A stretch of DNA of 51,768 nt. It comes from Lysobacterales bacterium (lineage in GTDB: Bacteria; Pseudomonadota; Gammaproteobacteria; Xanthomonadales; S139-57). Shown here piece after piece: positions 1 through 11,575 of the stretch. Both the position numbers and the translations under genes were made by a program. The DNA lies in NCBI GenBank assembly GCA_015485125.1, contig WFUE01000130.1, positions 1 to 51,768 on the forward strand, written 5' to 3'. Under the pieces are notes generated by a model. That model had not been told where the DNA came from. It was given only the letters and a program-made list of their open reading frames with translations, and made no database searches. Positions within the stretch are counted from its first letter, which is position 1. Every line of letters begins with the position of its first letter.

Positions 1-110
1 CCCAGGCCTCCGGGCGCCGCTGCGGGTCGGGCAGGGCGGGGGCATTTCCCCCGGATGGGGAAATGAGTGCCGTTGAGGCAGGAAGCCGAATCGGCACGAC
101 CCCGGCCTTC

Positions 111-234
111 ACGACGGAAAGCAGCGGAAACAAGCCCGGAAAGCCGAGGTTTTTTGCGGCCCTTTTTTCTGAAAAAAGGGCCTTGCGGGCCTGTTCATAT
201 GCTTGTTGAAGCGATCCGTGTAAAGGCCCGCAAC
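111..234. repeat. Copy A of a dispersed ~120-nt palindrome-bearing repeat (homologous core at 32286-32406, same orientation)
   Basis: By-eye alignment shows shared blocks: aaagcagcg, ccggaaagccgagg, cggccctttt..aaaagggccttgcgg, aaaggcccgcaac. It contains the hairpin GGCCCTTTTTT/AAAAAAGGGCC at 158-182. The ORF at 67-270 across it shares only the repeat-encoded peptide GFLRPF with the ORF at 32261-32449, so it is judged non-coding. Confidence 0.6.
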
Positions 235-437
235 CCATCCCGCTCGTTTTTTCTGAAATCAGTGGACTAAACAACCACTTCTATCATTAACTCTACTCTA
301 GCCTACCGTAGTCCGTACTGGTCCAGAGCTGATTGCTTACCTTTGCACTATGGTTTTGCAATGGCACGGACCAAAAAACGGCATCCGTCATTAAACTGCC
401 CGTACAATTTCGCTTTTGCCGTACCCTGCAAGCAACC

Positions 438-1025
438 ATGAAAACCCTGCTACAACAAATCCATGCCTGCCGCCTGTGTGCGCAACACCTGCCCCACACA
501 CCCCGGCCGGTGGTCATTGCCCGTCCGCAGGCCCGGCTGCTGATCGTGGGCCAGGCACCCGGTCGCAAGGTGCACGAAACCGGCCTGCCATGGAACGACC
601 CCAGCGGTGACCAGCTGCGCCAGTGGCTGGAGATGGATCGGGAAAGCTTCTACCACGACCCGCGCATCGCCATCATGCCCATGGGCCTGTGCTATCCGGG
701 CAAGGGCAAGAGCGGTGACCTGCCACCCAGGCCGGAATGCGCGCCCCGCTGGCACCCGCCGCTGCTGGCCGCCATGCCGAACATCCGGCTGGTTCTGCTG
801 ATCGGCCAGTACGCGCAGAAAGGCTTTCTTGGCATGCAATGCCGGGCCACCCTCGGAGAAACCGTACGCCACTATCAAGACTACCTGCCACGATACTTCC
901 CCCTGCCCCATCCCTCACCGCGCAATCGCCGCTGGTTGCGTGAGCGGCCCTGGTTCGAAACGGAAGTCTTGCCCGCCTTGCGCCAGCAGCTCCAGCAGGC
1001 ACTTTGCACGGAACTTGATAAATGA
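438..1025 (+). CDS. Uracil-DNA glycosylase superfamily protein
   Basis: The translation carries UDG-superfamily motifs: GQAPG (motif A-like), HPSPRN near the C-terminus and an N-terminal CRLC. I trimmed the start to the ATG at 438 (MKTLLQQIHACRLC); the tracked ORF starts at 333. Confidence 0.7.
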   Translation: MKTLLQQIHACRLCAQHLPHTPRPVVIARPQARLLIVGQAPGRKVHETGLPWNDPSGDQLRQWLEMDRESFYHDPRIAIMPMGLCYPGKGKSGDLPPRPECAPRWHPPLLAAMPNIRLVLLIGQYAQKGFLGMQCRATLGETVRHYQDYLPRYFPLPHPSPRNRRWLRERPWFETEVLPALRQQLQQALCTELDK

Positions 1026-1073
1026 TATCAAAATGATATTATATTCGTACTGCAATCGCGTGGAGGACCCCTC

Positions 1074-1949
1074 ATGCTGAAGGAAATCCGTTACAACACC
1101 TACTCCGGCCTACTCATGCTGTTCATCTTGCTGGCGGCGCTGGCTTTGACCATCTGGAGCATCATCCTGGCCGCTGGTGGCCAGAACATTCCCATGCTGA
1201 TTACCAGCATTGTGCTGCTGGTGGTGGAATTCTTCCTGCTGGGCGGGCTGTACATGGTGCAACCCAACGAAGGCAAGGTGCTGCAATTGTTCGGCGAATA
1301 TCGCGGCACCGACCGCCAGCCCGGTCTGCGCTGGGCCAACCCCTTTTTCAGCAAGAAGGGGGTTTCCCTGCGGGTACGCAATTTCGAATCCGACAAGCTC
1401 AAGGTCAACGATCTGGACGGTAACCCCATCGAAATCGCCGCCGTGGTGGTCTGGCGGGTGGTGGATACCGCCGAAGCCGTGTTTCAGGTGGATGACTACG
1501 AGGATTTCGTCAACATCCAGAGTGAATCGGCCCTGCGCGGGCTGGCCAGCCGCTTTCCCTACGATCACAACGAAGAAGACGAAAGTGGCACCATCAGCCT
1601 GCGCGCCCACCCGGTGGAAGTGGCCGAGCAGCTGCAGAAGGATATTCAGGCCCGGCTGGACAACGCCGGCGTGGAAGTGGTGGAAGCCCGCATCAGCCAC
1701 CTGGCCTATGCTCCGGAGATCGCCAACGCCATGCTGCAGCGGCAACAGGCGGCGGCCATCATTTCCGCCCGCACCCGCATCGTCGAAGGGGCGGTGAGCA
1801 TGGTGGAAATGGCCCTGTCCAAGCTGTCGGAGCGGGAAATCGTCGAACTGGACGAGGAACGCAAGGCGGCCATGGTCAGCAACCTGCTGGTGGTGCTGAC
1901 GGCGGACAAGGCCACCCAGCCGGTGGTCAATACCGGTTCCCTGTACTGA
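1074..1949 (+). CDS. SPFH/Band 7 (stomatin-like) domain membrane protein
   Basis: Two N-terminal hydrophobic helices are followed by an SPFH-like core ([15 protein letters not shown]..., [21 protein letters not shown]) and a C-terminal coiled region rich in Q and A. Confidence 0.75.
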   Translation: MLKEIRYNTYSGLLMLFILLAALALTIWSIILAAGGQNIPMLITSIVLLVVEFFLLGGLYMVQPNEGKVLQLFGEYRGTDRQPGLRWANPFFSKKGVSLRVRNFESDKLKVNDLDGNPIEIAAVVVWRVVDTAEAVFQVDDYEDFVNIQSESALRGLASRFPYDHNEEDESGTISLRAHPVEVAEQLQKDIQARLDNAGVEVVEARISHLAYAPEIANAMLQRQQAAAIISARTRIVEGAVSMVEMALSKLSEREIVELDEERKAAMVSNLLVVLTADKATQPVVNTGSLY

Positions 1950-1959
1950 GGATTACGCC

Positions 1960-2169
1960 ATGAACATGCTTACCCTCTACATCGGCGCCGGCCTCTTCCT
2001 GCTGGCGGAAGCCGCCGCCTCTCTCCTGCTGCTGAAAACCCTGAGCCGCAAGGCGGAACAGCAGGGCGGCCCCAATCTGGGGCCGCTGGTGGCCGCCGCC
2101 AACCTGTTGTTTGCCATCGTGATCGTTGCCGTGGCCATCTACCTGCTCGCTGACGGCAGCCCTCCATGA
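1960..2169 (+). CDS. Small hydrophobic membrane protein (hypothetical)
   Basis: This 69-aa ORF has two predicted TM stretches ([20 protein letters not shown]; [21 protein letters not shown]). It lies 10 nt after the SPFH gene, and its stop overlaps the next start (ATGA at 2166-2169). Confidence 0.5.
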   Translation: MNMLTLYIGAGLFLLAEAAASLLLLKTLSRKAEQQGGPNLGPLVAAANLLFAIVIVAVAIYLLADGSPP

Positions 2170-2369
2170 GCCGGAAAAAAGCCTTTGCCCTGCGCATCTC
2201 CGCGCCCGTGCTGGAAGCCATGCAGGCCTGGGCCGATGACGAACTGCGCAGCCTGAACGCGCAGATCGAATATGTACTGCGGCAGGCACTGGTGAAAGAG
2301 GGGCGGCTGAAAATCACTCGCCCGGCGGTGGTGGAAACACCTGAGCCCTCCACCCCCGAAAACCACTGA
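2166..2369 (+). CDS. Ribbon-helix-helix (Arc-like) DNA-binding protein
   Basis: The N-terminal pattern FALRISAPVLEAMQAWADDELRSLNAQIEYVLRQAL fits a beta-strand/helix/helix RHH fold as seen in Arc/MetJ-type proteins. Confidence 0.55.
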   Translation: MSRKKAFALRISAPVLEAMQAWADDELRSLNAQIEYVLRQALVKEGRLKITRPAVVETPEPSTPENH

Positions 2370-2441
2370 CCCCCGCAACCGGGGGGATGGCGGCCTGGAA
2401 CGCCTGCCGGTACACTCGCCGGAAAACAGCGGGAAAAACCG

Positions 2442-2870
2442 ATGAAAATCACCCTGGAGCAGGTCAACGACAAGGTACATTTCCGCGCCCGCGACGAACA
2501 GGGCGCGACGGTGGAGTTTGACGGCGCGGCCGGCACGGAACTGGGCGAAGGCCGGGGCATACGCCCCATGCACGCGGTGCTGTCGGCCATGGCGGCCTGC
2601 TCCGCCTTTGATCTGGTGATGATGCTGAAAAAATCCCGCCAGCCGCTGGAGAAGCTGGAAGCAGTGGTGGAAGCCGAACGGGTGGAGGACATTCCCGCCG
2701 TGTTCAAGCGCATTCACATCCATTTCCGCCTGCACGGGCAACTGGACGAAAAACGCACCGCCCGGCTGGTGCACATGAGCGTGCAGCAATACTGTTCGGT
2801 GGTGGCCATGCTGGAGAAAACCGCCGAGATCACCCACGGTTTCGAAATCGTGCAGGAGACACCGGCATGA
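2442..2870 (+). CDS. OsmC/Ohr family protein
   Basis: At 142 aa it has OsmC-like length and pattern (RPMHAVLSAMAACSAFDLVMMLKK ... VQQYCSVVAML), with the two conserved Cys positions. Confidence 0.7.
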   Translation: MKITLEQVNDKVHFRARDEQGATVEFDGAAGTELGEGRGIRPMHAVLSAMAACSAFDLVMMLKKSRQPLEKLEAVVEAERVEDIPAVFKRIHIHFRLHGQLDEKRTARLVHMSVQQYCSVVAMLEKTAEITHGFEIVQETPA

Positions 2871-4045
2871 GCAAGCACTGGCACCCGGAAACCCGCGCCA
2901 TTCGCGAGCAGATCCCGCGCAGCGGCCAGCAGGAACACAGCGCGCCGCTGTATTTGACCTCCAGCTTCGTCTTCGACGATACCGAACAGGCCCGCGCCCT
3001 GTTTGCCGACGAGATCAGCGGCAACCTCTACAGCCGCTTCACCAACCCCAACCCGGACGAGTTCGTGCGCAAGCTCTGCCTGCTGGAGGGCGCGGAAAGC
3101 GGCGTGGCCTGCGCCACCGGCATGGCCGCCATCACCCTGAGCCTGCTGGGCGTGCTCAAGGCGGGCGACCATCTCATCGCCGCCCGCGACCTGTTCGGCT
3201 CCACCCATCAGATTCTCACCCGTCTGCTGCCGCGCTTCGGCATCGAGCACAGCTATGTGCCCATCGACGATGTGGCCGCCTACGAGCGCGCCATTCGCCC
3301 CAACACCCGCATGATCCTGGTGGAAACCCCGTCCAATCCGGGGTTGAAGCTGGCTGATCTGGAAAGCCTGGGCAAGCTGGCACAGGCACATGACCTGCTG
3401 CTGAACGTGGACAACACCTTCGCCACACCCTGGCTGCAGAACCCGCTGGCACTGGGTGCCCATCTGGTCACCCATTCCGCCACCAAGTTCATCGACGGCC
3501 AGGGCCGGGTCATGGGCGGAGCCGTGCTGGGCCAGGGGCCGGTGATGGATGAGATCCGCTGGTTCGCCCGCCAGACCGGCCCGTCGCTGTCACCGTTCAA
3601 TGCCTGGGTGCTGAGCAAGTCGCTGGAAACCCTGCATGTGCGCATGGATCGCCACTGCGACAACGCCCTGCACATTGCCCAGGCGCTGGAAGACCTGCCG
3701 GGCCTGTCCTTTGTCCGCCATCCGGAACGGCCCTCCCACCCGCAGCATGAACTGGCCCGGCGGCAAATGCGCCGGGGCGGGGCCATGGTCTGCTTTGAAC
3801 TGGCAGGCGGGCTGGAAGCGGGCCGGCGTTTTCTCGACCGGCTGCAATTGTGTTCCCTGAGCGCCAACCTGGGTGACAGCCGCACCATTGCCACCCACCC
3901 GGCCTCCACCACCCACGCCAAGCTGAGCGAGGAAGACCGGCAGGCCGTGGGTATCACGCCGGGGCTGATCCGCCTTTCGGTGGGGCTGGAACATCCGGAC
4001 GATATTCTCGAAGACTTGCAGCAGGCGCTGGAGCAGACAGGCTAG
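2867..4045 (+). CDS. metZ: O-succinylhomoserine sulfhydrylase-like Cys/Met-metabolism PLP enzyme
   Basis: Motifs: YSRFTNPN, the PLP-lysine region HSATKFIDGQGRVMGG, and C-terminal LIRLSVGLEH. The start overlaps the OsmC stop (ATGA). Confidence 0.75.
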   Translation: MSKHWHPETRAIREQIPRSGQQEHSAPLYLTSSFVFDDTEQARALFADEISGNLYSRFTNPNPDEFVRKLCLLEGAESGVACATGMAAITLSLLGVLKAGDHLIAARDLFGSTHQILTRLLPRFGIEHSYVPIDDVAAYERAIRPNTRMILVETPSNPGLKLADLESLGKLAQAHDLLLNVDNTFATPWLQNPLALGAHLVTHSATKFIDGQGRVMGGAVLGQGPVMDEIRWFARQTGPSLSPFNAWVLSKSLETLHVRMDRHCDNALHIAQALEDLPGLSFVRHPERPSHPQHELARRQMRRGGAMVCFELAGGLEAGRRFLDRLQLCSLSANLGDSRTIATHPASTTHAKLSEEDRQAVGITPGLIRLSVGLEHPDDILEDLQQALEQTG

Positions 4046-4048
4046 CCT

Positions 4049-4882
4049 TCAGTCGTCCGCCGGCACCCCGCGATAGCGGCCCTTTTCATCCTGCTCCACC
4101 CGGGCCAGGGCGGTGTCCGGGTCGTGGGTGAAGAAGAAGCGCCAGCCCTGTGCCAGCGCCTGTTCCAGCACCCGCGCCTTCTCGTCGATGACGGTTTCGG
4201 CGCAGCGGTCATAGCCCATGGTGATGGGCAGGTGCACCCAGGGCAGGCCGGGAATGAGGTCGGCGGTGAACAGTACCTGCTCTTCAATCAGGGAAAGCAT
4301 CAGGCCGGGAGTGTGGCCTTCGGAGTAGAGAAAGCGCACCGCATCACCCAGCAGGGGATGATGGGCACCCTGTACCCGTTCCAGCTGCCCGCTTTCTTCC
4401 AGCAGGGCCGGCATCCACGGCAGGTAGGAGGCGCGATCGCGCGGGTGCGGATTGCAGGCCCGTTGCCACTGGGCCTCGGAGACCAGAATGCGGGCATTGG
4501 GGAAAGCCAGCGTCGGGGGCCGGTCTTCCCGCCAGGGCAGCACCAGCCCGCCGGCATGGTCGAAATGCAGGTGGGAAAGCACGACCAGGTCGATGTCCGC
4601 CGGTTCCACGCCCAGCGCATGCAGATGATCCAGCAGGCAATGGCGGCTTTCCTGCACGCCATAGCGCTGTTGCAGCGCTGGCGGCATGGAAACGCCCACG
4701 CCGGTCTCGAACAGCACCCGCCGGCCATTCAGCTCCACCAGCAGGCTGCGACAGGCCAGCGGAATGGTGTTGTGCTCGTCCACGGCCACCCAGCGCTGCC
4801 ACAGGGCCTTGGGCGCGTTGCCGAACATGGCCCCGCCATCCAGCCGCTGGGTATTGCCCTCCACCGGCTGAAAACGCTTCAT
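4049..4882 (-). CDS. MBL-fold metallo-hydrolase
   Basis: It carries the HLHFDHAGG (HxHxDH) zinc motif. I trimmed the start to MKRFQPVEGN (ATG at 4882), which overlaps the ggt stop (ATGA). Confidence 0.75.
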   Translation of the reverse strand: MKRFQPVEGNTQRLDGGAMFGNAPKALWQRWVAVDEHNTIPLACRSLLVELNGRRVLFETGVGVSMPPALQQRYGVQESRHCLLDHLHALGVEPADIDLVVLSHLHFDHAGGLVLPWREDRPPTLAFPNARILVSEAQWQRACNPHPRDRASYLPWMPALLEESGQLERVQGAHHPLLGDAVRFLYSEGHTPGLMLSLIEEQVLFTADLIPGLPWVHLPITMGYDRCAETVIDEKARVLEQALAQGWRFFFTHDPDTALARVEQDEKGRYRGVPADD

Positions 4883-6554
4883 GGCGCGGATTTCACCGCG
4901 GCCTTGCCCGATGGCCAGCGCGGGTCGGTCGCCGCTTCCAGATGCTGGCCGGCCTTGTCCCACATCACCCCGTGCATATAGCCCCAGGTATGTTTCTTGC
5001 GCACCACCGTGTGGCCCATGGCTTCCAGCGCCTGCACCGTCTCCCGCGACAGGGCGTCGGGTTCCAGGTAGATCTTGTCCGGCACATACTGGTGGTGGTA
5101 GCGCGGCAGGCTGACCCAGGAGGCCGGCCCGTGGCCTTCGAAGAAATCCAGCATGCCCAGCAACACCATGGTGATGATGCGGCTGCCGCCGGGCGTGCCC
5201 AGCACCGCCACCCGATCATCGCCAAAGACCATGCTCGGGCTCATGGAGGACAGCATGCGCTTGTAAGGCTCGATGGCGTTTGCGTGGTTGCCGATCAGGC
5301 CATAGGCGTTGGGGCTGCCCGGCTTGCTGGAGAAGTCATCCATCTCGTTGTTGAGCAGCACGCCCGTGCCCGGCGGAATGAAGCAGGAACCATAGGACGT
5401 ATTCACGCTCATGGTGGCCGACACCATGTTGCCTTCGGCATCCATCAGCGAGAAATGGGTGGTGTGCCCGCCCTCGGGCTTGGCGGCCGGGCCGGGCAGC
5501 ATGCTGCTGGGGGTAGCCTTGTCCAGGCGAATGGAAGCGCGCAGGCCGGCGGCGTAATCCTTGCTGGTCAGAAAGGAGGGTACTTGCACGAAATCCGGAT
5601 CACCCAGATAGATGGCCCGGTCCCGGTAGGCCCGGCGCATGGCTTCCACCACCAGATGCACGCGTGTGGCCTCGCTCATGGCTTCCAGGTCGAAAGGTTC
5701 GAGGATGTTGAGCATGGTGGCCAGGGCAATGCCGCCGGAGGATGGCAGGCTGGCGGTCACCACCTGCCACTGCTTGTAGCGGAATTTCACCGGCTCGCGC
5801 TCGATCACCCGGTAGCGAGCCAGGTCGTCCAGGGTCCAGATGCCACCGGCAGCCTGTACGCCCGCCACCAGTTTCTTCGCCACCTCGCCCTTGTAGAAGC
5901 CGTCATGACCCTTTTCCGCCAGCAGGCGCAGGGTATGGGCCAGATCCGGCTGGCGGATCAACTCGCCTTCCCTGGGCAGGCGGCCATCGATGGTCAGCTG
6001 TTTCACCGAGGCTGGATAGCGCCGGATCACCTTCATCCGGTGTTTCATCAGGGCGATGTATTTGGGATAGGCGGGGAAGCCTTCCTCGGCAATGCGGATG
6101 GCCGGTGCCAAAGACTGTTTCAGCGGCAGGCGGCCATAGTGCTCGGCCATCCAGGCCAGCGCCGCCGGCTCGCCGGGAATGCCCGCGGCCAGGGGCCCGT
6201 TCAGCGCCTTGTCCCGGTTCACGCTGCCGTCCGGGTTCTGAAACAGCTTTTCATGGGCCTTGCCGGGGGCGAACTCGCGCCCGTCGATCATGACCTCGCG
6301 GTTTTCATCGGCCAGATGCAGCAGCCAGAAACCGCCACCACCGATGCCCGAGGAGCTGGATTCCACCACCGCCAGCACCGAGCTGACGGCAATGGCGGCA
6401 TCAAAGGCGTTACCCCCCTGTTGCAGAATCTCCAGACCGGCCTCGGTGGCCAGATAGTGGCCGGAAGCAACCGCCACCCCCGGTGGCTGTTTGCTTTCCG
6501 CACCCGCCTGCGCCGTGGCCCCGAGGCACAGCAGTACCAGCAGCCAAACGCGCA

Positions 6555-6555
<1 letters not shown>
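4879..6555 (-). CDS. ggt: Gamma-glutamyltransferase
   Basis: The signal peptide MRVWLLVLLCLGATAQAGA is followed by GGT motifs (GGNAFDAAIA, GIGGGGF, the autoprocessing-site region GGHTTHFS, and GTPGGSRI). I trimmed the start to the ATG at 6555. Confidence 0.9.
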
Positions 6556-6803
<248 letters not shown>

Positions 6804-6887
6804 CTATCTCCAGCTTCGATGTTCAACAAAATCAGCAGACAAGTATATCAGCAAGCCTGCAAGGATACGTTGACAGATGACAAGCCT

Positions 6888-7963
<1,076 letters not shown>

Positions 7964-8053
7964 ATTTTATTCATAGAAATAATGGTATCAAAGAATTATA
8001 TGCATAAAAACCGGCGCTAAGATAACTGTATCCACTACCCGAGGGTCTGAAGC
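7964..8053. promoter_or_regulatory. AT-rich divergent Lrp/ald control region
   Basis: This 90-nt intergenic stretch is much more AT-rich than its surroundings (aaattttattcatagaaataatggtatcaaagaattatatgcataaaaa). An Lrp-family regulator divergent from alanine dehydrogenase is a known arrangement. Confidence 0.35.
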
Positions 8054-9178
8054 ATGAAAATTGGCGTTCCAACCGAGATCAAGAACAACGAATTCCGCGT
8101 GGGCATGGTGCCGGCCAGCGTGCATGAGGCCGTGCATCATGGTCACGAAGTGCTGGTGCAGGCGGGGGCCGGCCTGGGCATTGGCGTCAGCGATGAGGAT
8201 TACCGCAGCGCCGGGGCGCAGATTCTGCCCGATGCCGCCAGTGTGTTCGCACAGGCGGAGATGATCGTCAAGGTCAAGGAGCCCCAGGCCGTGGAACGCC
8301 AGATGCTGCGCGAGGGCCAACTCTTGTTCACTTATCTGCACCTGGCACCCGACCCGGAACAGACTCGCGACCTGGTGGAATCCGGCGCGGTCTGCATCGC
8401 CTATGAAACCGTCACCGCCGACGATGGCAGCCTGCCCCTGCTGGCCCCCATGTCGGAAGTGGCCGGGCGGCTGTCCATTCAGGCCGGCGCCCGTTCACTG
8501 GAGAAAATCCATGGTGGACGTGGCGTGCTGCTGGGCGGCGTGGCCGGCGTGCAAGCCGCGCGCGTGGTGATCATCGGCGGCGGCGTGGTGGGCCGCAACG
8601 CCACCGCCATGGCCGTGGGCCTGGGCGCGGATGTGGTGGTGCTGGATCGCAACATCCAGGTACTGCGCTGGTTCGACAGCCATTACGGCAACCGGGTGCA
8701 GACGCTGTACTCCAGCCGGCACGCACTGGAAGAGCAGGTGCTGCAGGCCGATCTGGTCATCGGCGGCGTGCTCATACCGGGCGCGCGCGCACCGCATCTG
8801 GTCAGCGCCGACATGGTGCGGCGCATGCGTGAGGGCAGCGTGCTGGTGGATGTCTCCATCGATCAGGGCGGCTGTTTCGAGACTTCTCACCCCACCACCC
8901 ATGCCGAGCCCACCTATCTGGTGGATGGCGTGGTGCATTACTGTGTGGCCAACATGCCTGGCGCGGTGCCGCGGACTTCGGCTTTCGCGCTGAACAACGC
9001 CACCCTGCCCTATATCCTGCAACTGGCCGACCAGGGCTGGCGGCAGGCCCTGCTGGCCGATCCACATCTGCGCAACGGTCTCAATGTGGCTCATGGCAAG
9101 GTCTGCTACGCCCCCGTGGCGCGGGATCTGGGGTATGATTACACCCCCGTTGAACAATTGCTGGAACAGGCTGCTTGA
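8054..9178 (+). CDS. ald: Alanine dehydrogenase
   Basis: N-terminal [17 protein letters not shown], the Rossmann motif [12 protein letters not shown], and [10 protein letters not shown]. Confidence 0.9.
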   Translation: MKIGVPTEIKNNEFRVGMVPASVHEAVHHGHEVLVQAGAGLGIGVSDEDYRSAGAQILPDAASVFAQAEMIVKVKEPQAVERQMLREGQLLFTYLHLAPDPEQTRDLVESGAVCIAYETVTADDGSLPLLAPMSEVAGRLSIQAGARSLEKIHGGRGVLLGGVAGVQAARVVIIGGGVVGRNATAMAVGLGADVVVLDRNIQVLRWFDSHYGNRVQTLYSSRHALEEQVLQADLVIGGVLIPGARAPHLVSADMVRRMREGSVLVDVSIDQGGCFETSHPTTHAEPTYLVDGVVHYCVANMPGAVPRTSAFALNNATLPYILQLADQGWRQALLADPHLRNGLNVAHGKVCYAPVARDLGYDYTPVEQLLEQAA

Positions 9179-9765
9179 ACCCGCCCATCCCCGAACCGGT
9201 ACTGACACAATTCGAGGCCTGGCTGGCGGAAGCCCGCCAGGCCATGGTGCCCGAGTTCAACGCCATGAACCTGGCCACGGTCAAGCCCGATGGCCGCCCG
9301 GCCAACCGCATGGTCTTGCTCAAGTTTGTCGATGCCGACGGCTTTGTGTTCTTCACCAATACCCAAAGCCGCAAGGGCCGCCACCTGGCAGAAAACCCGG
9401 CGGTGGCACTGACCTTTTTCTGGATGCCACTGTACCGGCAGGTATTGGTGGAAGGGCTGGCCGAGCCGGTGCGCCCGGAAGAGGCCGATGCCTACTGGGA
9501 AACCCGTGACCGGGTCAGTCAGATCGGTGCCTGGGCCTCGCAGCAGTCCCGGCCACTGGACAGCCGGGAAACCCTGCTCCAGCGGGTGGCCGAATACGAA
9601 CGGCAATTCGAGGGCCAGCCCGTGCCCCGGCCCGATTACTGGAGCGGCTACCGCATCCGCCCCGATCGCATCGAGTTCTGGCAGGGGCAGGATCACCGTC
9701 TGCATGACCGTGACTGTTATTTCGTGGCAGACGGCCAGTGGAAGCAGGAGAAACTCTACCCATGA
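9175..9765 (+). CDS. pdxH: Pyridoxamine 5'-phosphate oxidase
   Basis: RMVLLK, FVFFTN..SRKG, and C-terminal IEFWQGQDHRLHDR..Y. The apparent TTG start overlaps the ald stop. Confidence 0.85.
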   Translation: MNPPIPEPVLTQFEAWLAEARQAMVPEFNAMNLATVKPDGRPANRMVLLKFVDADGFVFFTNTQSRKGRHLAENPAVALTFFWMPLYRQVLVEGLAEPVRPEEADAYWETRDRVSQIGAWASQQSRPLDSRETLLQRVAEYERQFEGQPVPRPDYWSGYRIRPDRIEFWQGQDHRLHDRDCYFVADGQWKQEKLYP

Positions 9766-10181
9766 GCTGCCGCCATCACAGCCTGGAAATCACCACCGAA
9801 GGCCGGGGTTTTACCCGTATCGACGCGCCCTTGCAGGACTGGCTTCACCAGATCGAAGCCGGCGACGGGCTGGCCCATGTCTTCGTGCACCATTCCAGCT
9901 GCTCGCTGATCATCAATGAAAACGCCGACCCGGACGTGCGCGCCGATCTGGAAACCCTGATCCGTGATCTGGCCCCGGACGGCGACCCCCGCTACCGGCA
10001 CAACAACGAGGGGCCGGATGACATGTCCGCCCATTTCCGTTCGGTGCTGACCAGCACCAGCCTGAGCATTCCGGTGGCACAAGGCCGGTTGATGCTGGGT
10101 ACCTGGCAGGGTGTGTTTCTCTGGGAGCACCGCGATCTGCGCCGCTTGCGCCGCCGTTTGACCTTTTCCTTTCTCGACTGA
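9762..10181 (+). CDS. YjbQ/UPF0047 family protein (secondary thiamine-phosphate synthase-like)
   Basis: Typical pattern: ITTEGRGFTRID...VHHSSCSLIINENADPDV..D...H....GPDDMSAH..S.L...SL.IPV..G.L.LGTWQG. I trimmed the start to the ATG at 9762, which overlaps the pdxH stop. Confidence 0.8.
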   Translation: MSCRHHSLEITTEGRGFTRIDAPLQDWLHQIEAGDGLAHVFVHHSSCSLIINENADPDVRADLETLIRDLAPDGDPRYRHNNEGPDDMSAHFRSVLTSTSLSIPVAQGRLMLGTWQGVFLWEHRDLRRLRRRLTFSFLD

Positions 10182-10187
10182 ACCGTC

Positions 10188-10508
10188 TCAGTAGTCGAAT
10201 TCGGTCAGCTGCATCTCACCCTGCATGTCGATGGCCACCCGCTTGACGCCGGGCATGCGCGAGAGAATGTAGCCGGCCATCATCTGCTGCATGGGCGGGT
10301 CTTCATTTTCCAGCGCGGTGGCCAGCCGGTTGGCCACGTACTGGCAGCGTTGCAGGGTATCGGGCATGTCGATCCAGTAGCGCCCGGCCTGAATGCCCTG
10401 ATTCATGTCGGCATCCATCTGCGAGAACACATCACCGGCCCCCTGCACCACCTCATCCCGCACCTCGACGGGAATCACCTGTTCGCCTAAGATGACTTCT
10501 AGTTTCAT
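10188..10508 (-). CDS. Hypothetical acidic, Met-rich 106-aa protein
   Basis: This is the only ORF filling the 320-nt gap. I recognised no family. Confidence 0.45.
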   Translation of the reverse strand: MKLEVILGEQVIPVEVRDEVVQGAGDVFSQMDADMNQGIQAGRYWIDMPDTLQRCQYVANRLATALENEDPPMQQMMAGYILSRMPGVKRVAIDMQGEMQLTEFDY

Positions 10509-10525
10509 GGTTGAGGGTTCTCCTG

Positions 10526-11194
10526 ATGCAAATGGTGATTGAAGATGTATTGGGGCCAGAGCAACTGGCGCTGGCCCGGGAAATGCTGCAACGCGCGCCC
10601 TTTCAGGACGGCACGCTGACCGCCGGCGACTGGGCGGCCCGGGTAAAGCACAACCAGGAAGTGCCCACGGATGCCCAAATGGTACAGCAGTTGAACAACC
10701 TGATCATGAACCCGCTGGTGCGACATCCGCGCTTTCAGGCCGCCGTGCTGCCCCAGCGCATCGCCGCACCCATCTACGCCCGCTACGAAGCAGGCATGGA
10801 ATACGGCTTTCATGTGGACGACCCCATCATGGGCGGGCCACAAAAATACCGTACCGATATTTCCTTTACCCTGTTTCTCAGCGCGCCGGAAGAATATGAA
10901 GGTGGCGAACTGGAGATTGCCGGCGAGTTCGGCACCCTGCAACACAAGCTGCCGGCCGGGCACGCAGTCATCTACCCGTCCTCCAGCCTGCACCGGGTAC
11001 GGCCGGTGACCGCCGGCCAGCGGCTGGTGGCCATCAGCTGGATCCAGAGCCTGATTCGCGAACCGGCCCGGCGGCAGGTACTGTTCCAGATGAATCAGGC
11101 GCGGGAAAAACTGATGGCGCTGGAGGCCACTGACGAGGCCATGCAACTGGATACCGCCTACGCCAATCTGTTTCGCATGTGGGCCGAGCCCTGA
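10526..11194 (+). CDS. Fe(II)/2-oxoglutarate-dependent PKHD-type hydroxylase (PiuC/YbiX-like)
   Basis: It carries the HxD...H facial triad (FHVDDP ... SSSLHRV) and C-terminal WIQSLIR. I chose the start at ATG 10526, 8 nt after GAGGG. Confidence 0.8.
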   Translation: MQMVIEDVLGPEQLALAREMLQRAPFQDGTLTAGDWAARVKHNQEVPTDAQMVQQLNNLIMNPLVRHPRFQAAVLPQRIAAPIYARYEAGMEYGFHVDDPIMGGPQKYRTDISFTLFLSAPEEYEGGELEIAGEFGTLQHKLPAGHAVIYPSSSLHRVRPVTAGQRLVAISWIQSLIREPARRQVLFQMNQAREKLMALEATDEAMQLDTAYANLFRMWAEP

Positions 11195-11206
11195 GCGCCA
11201 GAAAAG

Positions 11207-11236
11207 AAAAAAGCCCGGCGATGCGGGCTTTTTTCA
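11207..11236. terminator. Bidirectional rho-independent terminator
   Basis: aaaaaagcccg-gcgatg-cgggctttttt is a GC stem flanked by an A-run and a T-run. It lies between the convergent genes ending at 11194 (+) and 11254 (-). Confidence 0.8.
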
Positions 11237-11253
11237 CGCGTTCCGTGGGCGGC

Positions 11254-11493
11254 TCAGCGCTGGGAACCGTGCTCCTCGTGGGCGATTTCCATCACTTTCA
11301 TCGCCAGGTCACGGTATTTTTCCGCATAGCCCTGCAGGGGGTGGCCGTCCTGTGCGGCATAGTACTCCACCGGCTGCACACCATTTTCGTGTTCATATTC
11401 CATGAACTTTTTCTGCATTGCCAGCATTTCCTGGATCATTTCTTGTTTCGTTGCCATGAGCTTTGATCTCCGGGTCATTGACGTTTTCGCCAT
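11254..11493 (-). CDS. Hypothetical small protein (67-79 aa)
   Basis: This ORF is the last gene before the terminator. An internal ATG at 11457 (MATKQEM) has a GGAG about 10 nt upstream and may be the true start. Confidence 0.45.
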   Translation of the reverse strand: MAKTSMTRRSKLMATKQEMIQEMLAMQKKFMEYEHENGVQPVEYYAAQDGHPLQGYAEKYRDLAMKVMEIAHEEHGSQR

Positions 11494-11575
11494 GGTAGTG
11501 CAGGGGCCGGAACCGCTCCATATCCCAATGGATAAAGAGACAGAAGCGCCTCTATTACTGTCGGTCAGGCAAGCA

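Noticed and set aside
67-270. The ORFs at 67-270 and 32261-32449 share the peptide GFLRPF..KKG, which suggests a small paralogous protein.
   Set aside because: The similarity comes from the palindromic DNA repeat itself. Both ORFs lack a ribosome-binding site, are Arg/Pro-rich, and diverge outside the repeat core, so they are treated as non-coding.
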